A stretch of 64,000 nt of DNA, from positions 59,975 through 123,974 of the forward strand of contig JAWKWS010000008.1 in the NCBI GenBank assembly GCA_041397405.1. The letters are read 5' to 3'. The position numbers and the translations under genes are program-made. How positions within the stretch are numbered: the stretch's first letter is position 1; each line of letters begins with the position of its first letter. The DNA comes from Xanthobacteraceae bacterium. GTDB lineage: Bacteria; Pseudomonadota; Alphaproteobacteria; Rhizobiales; Xanthobacteraceae. The notes beneath the pieces are model-generated. The model ran no database searches. It saw nothing but the letters and a program-made list of their open reading frames with translations, and was not told the DNA's origin. Positions 56,058 through 64,000 of this stretch are shown here, in pieces.

Positions 56058-57998
56058 TCAGCGAAACACCCGGTTTCGGTGACACCAGCGGATGAAAACG
56101 TAGACCGACCACACCCGCGACCAGTAGAAGCCGCTTCCGCCGTCAAGGAAGGTCTGCCAAAGACGCACGACGGCTGCCGGATCGAGGCCGCAAGGCGCGA
56201 TCGCCTGCGGGTCACGCATGGTCTGATCCATGACGCCTCTCAGCCCCTGTCGAATCCAGCGGTCGAACGGCAGCACGAAGCCGCTCTTTGGACGATCGAA
56301 CAGTTCCGGATCGAGGCCCCGCAGACCGATGCGCCGCAAGAGGGCCTTGCGGCCAAGCGGCTGATAGCGCGTCTCGTCAGGCAGGCGATCGAGAGCTTCG
56401 AACAGAACATGGTCGACCAGCGGTACGCGCTGCTCCAGCGAGGCCGCCATGCTGGCCACGTCGTTGTCGCGCAGCAGGCGCTCGCCGAGGAATAGCCGCT
56501 GCTCCAGCACGCTGATGGCGGACAGTGGCGTGCGGCCGCTTGTCTCCGTGGCAAGGCGTTGGCGCATGGCGGCGGGCAAGCCATCGGCGAGCACGTCCGC
56601 GTATCCGGGCGCCAGCAGTTCCTGCTGCCAGTCAGGCAGAAACAGCGCGCTGGCCAATTGATACAGCGCCACGAGATCGTCGCCGCGGCTCACCATGTCC
56701 GGCAGCTTGGCCCAGCGCGTCTGCGGCGGCACCGACTGGCCCGAGCGCCGCAGCGGCCACGTCGCCAGTCGCGCAGCCGCGACCTGCAGCCCGCGCGGCA
56801 CGAAACCGGCGCGGCCGAGCCAGCGCTGCAGCACCGGCAGGTCCCGAAAGGTCGGATAACCACCGAACAGCTCGTCGCCGCCGGTTCCCGAGATCGCCAC
56901 CGTGAACCCCGCATCACGAATCGCGCGCGACATGAAATAGGCGTTCAGCCCATCGAATGTCGGCTGATCGAGGCTGTCGAGCGCGGCATCCAGATTGGCG
57001 ACGAATTGTCCCTCCGTCAGCACCACCTCGTGATGCTCGGTGCCGATCGCAGCCGAAATCTGCCGCGCGATCGGTCCCTCGTTGAGCTCCTGCTCTTCGA
57101 AGGCAAGCGTGAAGGTATGGATCGGGCTTCGCGCCGCGCGCTGGGCCAGATTGGCCATCGCAGAGGAATCCACCCCGCCCGACAGGAAGACCGCCAGCGG
57201 CACGTCGCTGGCGAGATGAAGCCGCAACCCTTCCTCTAGAATGGCCGAGAGCTCATTCTCGTTCATGACGGGAGCGGGTGCGGCGGCCGGGATACGCCAG
57301 AAATCCTCGTTTCGAATTTCCTTGCCGGCACCGTCGAATTCGATGAGCTGCCCCGGCCACAGCAATTCGACGCCCCTGACGGCCGTCGTCGGGCCAACGA
57401 CGAAGCCGTTCCAGGCGCAGCTGGCCGCGGCCTGAGGATCCAGTTGCGGTTTGCCCAAGAGGCCCGAAGCCAGCAATGCACGGAGTTCCGAGGCGAAAGC
57501 CACCGACCAGCCGCTCTCAGGATCGGACGAGCGCGCAACGTAGAGCGGCTTGATGCCGAGATGATCTCTCGCCAGCAACAGGCGACGCTGCTTCTGATCC
57601 CAACATGCAAAGGCAAACATGCCGCGAAGCCAGCTAACCGCACCAGGCCCGTGCAGACCGAGCGCACGCAACATCACGGCTGTATCGCCGCTCGACTGGA
57701 ACTGCTGCCCCTCGCCTTCCAGACGCCGCCGCAGGTCGAGGTAGTTGTAAATCTCGCCATTGAAGGTGATGACGTGTCCGGTGACCGGATCGATCATGGG
57801 TTGGACACCGGCCGGCGACAGGTCGAGAATCGCGAGCCGGCGATGCGCCAGCAGCGCACCCCAGCCGCGAGAATCCGGCGCGGAGCACCAGATGCCGTTG
57901 GCGTCGGGGCCGCGGTGAACCATGGCATCGTTCATCCGCTCCAACGCCACCCGGTTGGTCTCGTCAATCCTTCCGATGATCCCAGCTATGCCGCACAT
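56058..57998 (-). CDS. asnB: asparagine synthase (glutamine-hydrolysing) family amidotransferase
   Basis: 646 aa with the MCGIAG Ntn-glutaminase start and the SGGVDSS PP-loop motif. Confidence 0.9.
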   Translation of the reverse strand: MCGIAGIIGRIDETNRVALERMNDAMVHRGPDANGIWCSAPDSRGWGALLAHRRLAILDLSPAGVQPMIDPVTGHVITFNGEIYNYLDLRRRLEGEGQQFQSSGDTAVMLRALGLHGPGAVSWLRGMFAFACWDQKQRRLLLARDHLGIKPLYVARSSDPESGWSVAFASELRALLASGLLGKPQLDPQAAASCAWNGFVVGPTTAVRGVELLWPGQLIEFDGAGKEIRNEDFWRIPAAAPAPVMNENELSAILEEGLRLHLASDVPLAVFLSGGVDSSAMANLAQRAARSPIHTFTLAFEEQELNEGPIARQISAAIGTEHHEVVLTEGQFVANLDAALDSLDQPTFDGLNAYFMSRAIRDAGFTVAISGTGGDELFGGYPTFRDLPVLQRWLGRAGFVPRGLQVAAARLATWPLRRSGQSVPPQTRWAKLPDMVSRGDDLVALYQLASALFLPDWQQELLAPGYADVLADGLPAAMRQRLATETSGRTPLSAISVLEQRLFLGERLLRDNDVASMAASLEQRVPLVDHVLFEALDRLPDETRYQPLGRKALLRRIGLRGLDPELFDRPKSGFVLPFDRWIRQGLRGVMDQTMRDPQAIAPCGLDPAAVVRLWQTFLDGGSGFYWSRVWSVYVFIRWCHRNRVFR

Positions 57999-58181
57999 GT
58001 GCCCGTGTATTTCAAGGAAGGCCTACTATCTCACGATTTTCAGGAGCGCGTCACAGGCCGCGCATGCAGTGCGTTCGTTAACATTAATCCCGATCGCTGC
58101 GCATCGCGCATGCACCGTCAGTTAAATGGATGCTGCCATGAACACAGCCTGCTCCCTCCGTCAGCAGGCAGGTCCAGATCG

Positions 58182-59420
58182 ATGAACGCAGACCGTCTCA
58201 ACATCCTGTACGTTTCGCAGATGCCGGCCAGCCCGCCGCGCTTCGGCGCGCAGGCACGGATCAACGGCCTGATGACCAAGCTGGCGCAGCGTCACGACCT
58301 GACCGCTGTGATGCTGGTCGACGACGAATTCGACATCGACGAATGCCGCCGCGCGATGCAGGCCTACTGCCGCGAGGTCGTGCTGATCCGCAACCCTTAC
58401 GGCCGCGACGGCCTTGCCAAGCGACTGCTGCAGCTTCGCTCACTCGCCTCGACCCGTAGCTTCGAGCGACTGCGCGTCATCATCCCGGAGATGCAGCAGG
58501 CCATCGACAGAATACTGCGCACCAGCCGTTTCGACATCGTCAACCTTGAATTCACGTTCCTCGGCCATTGCGACCTGCGACAGGCGCCGCCCGGTGAAAG
58601 GTTGCCGGCACTGGTCGTGGACTCCCATAACATCGACTACGATCTCGCAAGGCAGTATTCCCGCGTCGGCAGCCTCGCCCGCCGCCTCTACGCCGAGGTC
58701 AACTGGCGCAAGCTGCGACGGGAAGAGCTCGGGACCTATCGCGATGCCGACGGGGTCTATCTCTGCTCCGTCGCAGACCAGCAGCGGCTGCTCGAAGAAG
58801 TTCCGAGCGCCCGCACCGCCGTCATTCCCAACGCGGCCGACGTCGACTTCTACAAGCCACGGCCCGACGACCGGCAGCCTGATGACCGGACCGTCGTGTT
58901 CTTCGGGCTGATGTCGTATATGCCGAATATCGACGGCGCGACCTACTTCATTCAGGACATCTGGCCGCGCATCGCCGAGACCAGCCCGCAGGCCCGATGC
59001 AAGATCATCGGAGGCTCGCCGCCCGCCCAGCTTCTCACATTGGCCGGACCACGGATCGAGTTCACCGGTTTCGTGCCGGATCTGAGACCACATCTGGCCG
59101 AAGCGGCTGCCGTGGTGGTGCCGTTGCGGATCGGCGGCGGCACGCGCCTCAAGATCGTCGAGGCCATGGCCATGAGCAAGGCTATCGTGTCCACTTCTCT
59201 CGGCGCCGAGGGAATCGAAGCGATCCCCGGGCGTGACATCCTGATCGCCGACGAACCGTCAGCCTTTGCCGACGCCGTGAGCCGGCTGCTGGCCGAACCC
59301 GGCTTCGCCGCGCAAATCGGCAACTCGGCACGGCAATTGTCGGAGGCACGCTATGCGTGGGGCAGTGCGGCGCGGGCGCTGGAAGATTTCTTCCGACAGG
59401 TCCTGCAGGCAAAAGCCTAG
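58182..59420 (+). CDS. GT4-type (GT-B, Glycos_transf_1) glycosyltransferase
   Basis: 412 aa from ATG 58182 of ORF 57444..59420. C-terminal EGGTRLKIVEAMAMSKAIVST-type E-x7-E region. Confidence 0.8.
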   Translation: MNADRLNILYVSQMPASPPRFGAQARINGLMTKLAQRHDLTAVMLVDDEFDIDECRRAMQAYCREVVLIRNPYGRDGLAKRLLQLRSLASTRSFERLRVIIPEMQQAIDRILRTSRFDIVNLEFTFLGHCDLRQAPPGERLPALVVDSHNIDYDLARQYSRVGSLARRLYAEVNWRKLRREELGTYRDADGVYLCSVADQQRLLEEVPSARTAVIPNAADVDFYKPRPDDRQPDDRTVVFFGLMSYMPNIDGATYFIQDIWPRIAETSPQARCKIIGGSPPAQLLTLAGPRIEFTGFVPDLRPHLAEAAAVVVPLRIGGGTRLKIVEAMAMSKAIVSTSLGAEGIEAIPGRDILIADEPSAFADAVSRLLAEPGFAAQIGNSARQLSEARYAWGSAARALEDFFRQVLQAKA

Positions 59421-60649
59421 GACGAAGTCCCCCTGGCAGCATAGAACCGCTTCAGCCGCAAGAAGCGCTTCTCGAAAAATTCGTAGCTCACATAGGCAAT
59501 GGCCAGCGAGATAGCGATCCCCACTGTGGCCTGCAGCGCAACCGCGGCGCCATGCGAGCCGACCCAGCGAGCCAGCTCGAACTCCGTCTGATTGACGGTG
59601 AAGTAGTACGAAATGAAATGGTGATAGACGTAGAGGCCGTAGCTGTAGGTGCCCAGGAACATCAGCCAGCGGTTGCTGAAGATTTGCGAGATCGATGATT
59701 CCCGCGGCGCCACCAGCACCCAAAGCAACAGGCAGCCAAGCAACACCTGAATCACCGATGCTCGGACCGGCAACACCAGTTCCATGTCCCCGCGCGACAC
59801 AAGACGCGTCCAGGCGAATGTGACAACCAGCAGCGCGGCGGCGATCGCTGCCACCCAGGGCAGCGCACGCAACAGCCGGTCGAGGCCTCCGGGCTGCCGC
59901 GCCGCCACAGCAAGAAAGGCGCCGAGAGCGAGGCCGTCGAGACGGAACGGCGTCAGGACATAGGTGGTCCACCAGCTCAGGCCCATCATCGAGCCAGTCA
60001 GGCGCGCGGCCATGGCAGCCAGCGCCACCGACAGGCTGACGACGATCAACAGCCGCGGGCGGCCTGCCATCAGATACACCGCCACCGGCCAGAACAGGTA
60101 GAAGTGCTCCTCGATGCAGAGCGACCAGAGGTGTTCCAGATAGGAGAACGACCAATCGCCCTGAATGGCGATGTAGACATTGACGCCGTACAGCCACGCC
60201 CACCATTGCCGGTCCAGAAGATAGTCGAGAGACGGCCCGCGCAGGATCGGGATCAACGGAGCGACGACAAAGACCAGCGCCAGAACGCCATAGTACAGCG
60301 GAAAGATGCGCAGCACGCGACGCATGTAGAAGTTCCGGAAATAGTTCCGCTCGTTGCGGGCGTCGTAAAGTATCCCGGTGATGAGAAAGCCGGAAAGGAT
60401 GAAGAACAGCTCGACGCCGTAGGATCCGTAGTTGGTGACGGCGACGATGGCGCGTTCGACCGCGTTGGTCGGCTGCATGTTTCCGACGAAGTGAAGCAAC
60501 AGGACCATCGAAATGGCGAGGCCACGCACTCCGTCCAGCACGGGAAGGTGCCCCCGCAAATCGACCAGCGCACCGGCGCCCGAAGAACTCTCCGGGACGG
60601 ACTTCGGTCCAGCCTTTGCTGAAGGGGTCACAAACGCATGTACGAACAT
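59417..60649 (-). CDS. acyltransferase family 3 (OafA/NolL-like) membrane O-acyltransferase
   Basis: 410 aa, ~10 TM helices. LDGVRGLAISMVLLLH and VELFFILSGFLIT motifs. Confidence 0.85.
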   Translation of the reverse strand: MFVHAFVTPSAKAGPKSVPESSSGAGALVDLRGHLPVLDGVRGLAISMVLLLHFVGNMQPTNAVERAIVAVTNYGSYGVELFFILSGFLITGILYDARNERNYFRNFYMRRVLRIFPLYYGVLALVFVVAPLIPILRGPSLDYLLDRQWWAWLYGVNVYIAIQGDWSFSYLEHLWSLCIEEHFYLFWPVAVYLMAGRPRLLIVVSLSVALAAMAARLTGSMMGLSWWTTYVLTPFRLDGLALGAFLAVAARQPGGLDRLLRALPWVAAIAAALLVVTFAWTRLVSRGDMELVLPVRASVIQVLLGCLLLWVLVAPRESSISQIFSNRWLMFLGTYSYGLYVYHHFISYYFTVNQTEFELARWVGSHGAAVALQATVGIAISLAIAYVSYEFFEKRFLRLKRFYAARGTSS

Positions 60650-60860
60650 ATTTCAGGTCATTGGCACGGGCGCACGTCGCCACTTCGTCGAGTGCATCTA
60701 GTCCTGCTACCTGTGCCCCGGAACGGTGCGGTGTCGAGCAATTCCGCAGGCGGAATTCGCGTGGCTGAAATTAGGGTTAAATGAACAGCATACCACATCC
60801 GACATTAACTATTCCCCCGTAGAAACGCCCTTCAGAAGCCGCGCCTGCTAGAATGGCGCA

Positions 60861-62318
60861 ATGTCCAGAGCCTTGATGCCCAGAGCTGCGATGCACTCGC
60901 CCGGAACGGATGCAGCGCGATCGTCCACCCGGACGATCGACGGCTTTGCGCTGGTTCCGATTCTGGCATGCGTCTACGCGACGATCGTGTTCCCGCTCAT
61001 CATCGCTTCGTGCTCGCCCACCGATGCGGTCTGTCTGCTCGAGGCCCGCCCCGAGAGCAAGATCTTCTGGCCGGCGCTGGCATTGATCTCGATGATATGG
61101 GCCGTGCAATATTATTCGCGCCTCAGCTTTCCTCCCCTCATCGTCTGTCTGCTTGCCTATCTCGCATTTGCCGGAACGAGCGTCCTGTGGGCCTTCAAGC
61201 CGGAAACCTCCTTCATCCGGTTTGCACAACAGGCGATGATCGTCATCTCCATTGTGGTGCCTGCGATGCTGGCGGCACGAAATGCCGATCTGATCCGCGG
61301 CCTCTTTCTCTGCTTCGCTCTCGCCGCGGTTCTCAATCTCATCTTCGTGTTCGGCAGGCCTCCGATCGACGTCAAATTCGCCACCTGGGGTTATCCCGGT
61401 TATTTTTCCGGCAAGAACTATCTGGGTGAATTTGCTGTGGTCGCTCTGCTGCTTTCGATCTACGAGGCGTTCCACCCGGGCCGACGGCGCGCATTCGGCA
61501 TCGTGATCGCCATCATCTCCGTAGCGTTGCTCGTCCTCAGCAACTCCAAGACTTCGATGGGACTTACGCTTCTGGCGCCGGGGCTGGCGGGCATCGCCTT
61601 GCTCATCAGGAGATACACGCGGCTGTCTCCGGCCATCATCCTGCTGTCGATTCCCGTCGGCTGGTTCATTCTCTCTAGCGTCACTGGCGTGACCGTCTAT
61701 CGGTTGTCGAACATCCTGTACGGCGACCCGACCTTCACCGGCCGCTCCGTCATCTGGGAATTCGTCAAATCCGAGATCGCTCACCGGCCGCTGCTGGGCT
61801 GGGGTTATCAGTCGTTCTGGCTGGTCGGACCGGACGCACCCAGCATCGTCAATGCGCCGGGCTGGGTGAAGGACATGCCGAACGCCCACAACGGCTATCT
61901 CGATACGATGGTGGAGATGGGATACGCCGGCTATGCGCTGCTGCTGGCCTTCGTGATCGCCACGCTGCATGCCGTGGGACGCCTCGCCGATCGTGCGCCC
62001 GTCCGTGCCTGGCTCGTGCTTTCGCTCATGGTCCACGTCATCATCACCAACGGGCTCGAAAGCCTGTGGATGCGCGGTTTCGAAATGCTGTGGGTGCTGT
62101 TCCTGATACTCGCAGCCGAAACCGCCCGCTACTGGAAACTCAGCGCACCGGTCAGGTCATCGCAGCGATCGAGGGGCGCAACTTCCCGCGTACCTCCACC
62201 TGCAGGAGGAAGGCCCGTCGGCGCCGGCATCCGGCTACATCCGGCGCATGCCGCTCAACTCACGCGCGCGGCATTTGCAGCAGCGCCGCCTGACGCGGAA
62301 CCCAAATCCCGGACATAA
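60861..62318 (+). CDS. O-antigen ligase/polymerase-like (Wzy_C domain) membrane protein
   Basis: 485 aa polytopic protein. HNGYLDTMVEMGYAGYALLL motif of the O-antigen ligase family. The last ~70 aa are low-complexity. Confidence 0.75.
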   Translation: MSRALMPRAAMHSPGTDAARSSTRTIDGFALVPILACVYATIVFPLIIASCSPTDAVCLLEARPESKIFWPALALISMIWAVQYYSRLSFPPLIVCLLAYLAFAGTSVLWAFKPETSFIRFAQQAMIVISIVVPAMLAARNADLIRGLFLCFALAAVLNLIFVFGRPPIDVKFATWGYPGYFSGKNYLGEFAVVALLLSIYEAFHPGRRRAFGIVIAIISVALLVLSNSKTSMGLTLLAPGLAGIALLIRRYTRLSPAIILLSIPVGWFILSSVTGVTVYRLSNILYGDPTFTGRSVIWEFVKSEIAHRPLLGWGYQSFWLVGPDAPSIVNAPGWVKDMPNAHNGYLDTMVEMGYAGYALLLAFVIATLHAVGRLADRAPVRAWLVLSLMVHVIITNGLESLWMRGFEMLWVLFLILAAETARYWKLSAPVRSSQRSRGATSRVPPPAGGRPVGAGIRLHPAHAAQLTRAAFAAAPPDAEPKSRT

Positions 62319-62599
62319 GCTGCACAGCAACGAACGCGAGCCTCTGCAAGCGTAACGCGCGCTGAAAAGCGCACCCCGCAAGCCCGTTCGTACGTTAGCG
62401 AGCCTTGTCATCATGAGGGCAGATTAACTAACGGACATTAACCATTGGCGCCGATCGAAGAGAATTTGAAGACAAACAAGCATATATTTCGGCTTGAAGT
62501 ATGGCGGCGGCGCAGCGCGATCTCGACAACGGACGACGTCCTGTCGTGCAACGCCGTTCCTTCCGTGATCGATGTTTGCTTGAGTAGATAGAATCAAAA

Positions 62600-64000
62600 A
62601 TGGACGCGAGAACGAACGATCTTCCGCCCGCTGCCGAATTTGCCGATGGATCACATTCCGCCGGATCGGGTGCGCGTCCATCGATCGGCGTGACCGATAT
62701 CTTCGAAGCCCTTCGGCGAGGCTGGCGATTTCCGCTGTACGGACTGCTGGTTGGATTGGCGCTCGCAACCATCGCCTTCGTGTACATCCCCACCCCATAC
62801 AAGAGTTCGGCGCGCATTCTGGTCGACCGCAGCGTGAACCGCTATTTGCAGACCAACCGGATCGCCGATCAGCCGACCTTCGACGAAGGTGAGATCGGCA
62901 GCCAGGTCTATGTCCTGTCGTCCGACAGCGTGATTCTTCCCGTTGTCCGGGCGCTCGGCCTTGCCCATGACAAGGAATTCGTCGGCCTGCCGAAGATGGG
63001 CGGTGCGCGGATCTCCGACTACCTCGAAGATCTGAAACGATTGATTTTCAAGTCGGTCGGAGCGAACGCGGGCGAGCCGAACGACATCGAGGCTGCGCTG
63101 GAGCGCGTCGCCGCGGAATCCCTGGTCAAACGCCTGACCGTGACCCGCGAAGACGTTGCCAACGTCATCAACGTGGCTTTCGAGTCGAACGACAAGTTCA
63201 AGGCAGCCATGATCGCCAACGCGATTGCGGACAACTACATCGCGACGTCGATGGACGCCAAGCTGCAGTCGACCCGGGTCGCAAGCCACTGGCTTCAGGA
63301 ACGGCTGGTCGAACTGAAGAAGCAGGTTGCCGATGCCGACAAGGCGCTGGAGGAGTTCAGGACGGCAAACAATCTGAAAGCCGGTGCCGGCGGACCCAAC
63401 GCTGAACTGCGCGCCAGCCTGAATGCACAGTTGACCAGTGCGCAAATCGCAACAGCCGAAGCCAAGAGCCGGCTCGATCGCATTCGCAGGGGATCGCTCG
63501 ACGAGGTAACGAGCATCTCGGGGACCGACGCGTTGAACAACACGGCCCGGTCGGGTGTCATCAACTTCGCTCTGAACAACAGCGATCTCGTCAGGCTGCG
63601 GTCGCAATATCGGGAGGCCACAGCAAAGCTCGCCGAGGTGACGGCGCGCGTCGGCACCCAGCACGAGATCGCAATCAAGACGCAGCGTCAGGCCGATGAT
63701 CTGAAGAGCGCTATCCAGGCCGAGGAACGGCGCATCGCCGACGCCTACGCCAATGAGTATCAGGTGGCTGCGGCGCGTGAGGCCGAACTGGCCGCCAGCG
63801 TAGCCAGGCTGTTCGGCGGATCGGACGCGACCAACGAGTTGCGGGAGCTCGAGAGCACTGCCGAAACCCTGCGCAATCTCTACAACAACACGCTGCAGAA
63901 GTTCAAAGAGACCAACACGATCGAGACCGGCGGCATCCCGATCCAGAGCGCTCGGGTCATTTCCAGGGCCGCACCGCCCTTGTCCAAGAATTCCAAGAAG
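62600..64000 (+). CDS. polysaccharide chain-length determinant (Wzz domain; GumC/ExoP-like PCP), C-terminus beyond window
   Basis: My own translation from ATG 62600, open to the window end. It has an N-terminal TM helix after GWRFPLYGLLVGLALATIAFVY, a Wzz-like segment (YKSSARILVD..QVYVLSSDSV) and long coiled-coil regions. Confidence 0.8.
   Translation, partial: MDARTNDLPPAAEFADGSHSAGSGARPSIGVTDIFEALRRGWRFPLYGLLVGLALATIAFVYIPTPYKSSARILVDRSVNRYLQTNRIADQPTFDEGEIGSQVYVLSSDSVILPVVRALGLAHDKEFVGLPKMGGARISDYLEDLKRLIFKSVGANAGEPNDIEAALERVAAESLVKRLTVTREDVANVINVAFESNDKFKAAMIANAIADNYIATSMDAKLQSTRVASHWLQERLVELKKQVADADKALEEFRTANNLKAGAGGPNAELRASLNAQLTSAQIATAEAKSRLDRIRRGSLDEVTSISGTDALNNTARSGVINFALNNSDLVRLRSQYREATAKLAEVTARVGTQHEIAIKTQRQADDLKSAIQAEERRIADAYANEYQVAAAREAELAASVARLFGGSDATNELRELESTAETLRNLYNNTLQKFKETNTIETGGIPIQSARVISRAAPPLSKNSKK

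Noticed and set aside
62438-62445. TTAACCAT, identical to the CtrA half-site consensus known from Caulobacter, upstream of the chain-length determinant gene
   Set aside because: An 8-mer in an AT-rich spacer can easily occur by chance. None of the related ACATTAAC sites fits TTAA-N7-TTAAC. I keep it only as part of the recurrent-motif finding.
1-64000. Search for CRISPR arrays, tRNA/rRNA genes, IS elements, integrases, phage genes, toxin-antitoxin pairs and known defence-system signatures
   Set aside because: I found no regularly spaced direct repeats, no cloverleaf-like or rRNA-like segments, and no transposase, integrase, nuclease or helicase-type ORFs by eye. A tRNA/sRNA scan (tRNAscan-SE, Infernal) would be needed to exclude small RNA genes formally.

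Overview
High-GC alphaproteobacterial chromosomal segment. Gene content and the GC-rich intergenic hairpin repeat families suggest a Bradyrhizobium/Rhodopseudomonas-type organism; this is inference only. The first ~39 kb is densely packed core and metabolic genes. It contains xseA, a DUF898/M48 peptidase pair and ivd. It also holds two tandem CYP153-type P450s followed by a thioesterase, acyl-CoA dehydrogenase, CoA-transferase, hydratase and mdlC-like decarboxylase set. Further genes are ycjX-ycjF, a GT39 glycosyltransferase and a membrane/2Fe-2S/class III cyclase. Then come cspA, a Met/Gly-rich CpxP-like protein, putA, GST, a LysR-pirin pair and a Tat-signal Gly/Ser-rich Hint-domain protein. 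From ~39.4 kb to the window end lies a polysaccharide (O-antigen/EPS-type) biosynthesis island with visibly AT-richer spacers. It encodes glycosyltransferases including a GT2-GT26 fusion, wecB and a Wzx flippase. It also has a tightly coupled rfbF / PIG-L deacetylase / unknown-protein operon, an rfbC-like epimerase, a SAF-domain oxidoreductase and an SDR epimerase. The remaining island genes are a secreted beta-helix enzyme, an AsnB-type amidotransferase, an acyltransferase, an O-antigen-ligase/polymerase-like protein and a truncated ExoP/GumC-like chain-length determinant. I recognised no rRNA, tRNA, CRISPR, transposase or integrase. Many long ORFs in the track are antisense artefacts of the high GC content. 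The best candidates for something new are listed here. (1) A 380-aa unknown protein (44570-45712) built from two copies of a ~100-aa Cys-cluster module, embedded in the sugar-nucleotide operon. (2) A recurrent ACATTAAC-type motif in the island's promoter spacers. (3) The membrane/2Fe-2S adenylate cyclase. (4) The Tat/GS-rich Hint protein at the island border. (5) The redox-partner-less tandem CYP153 pair.
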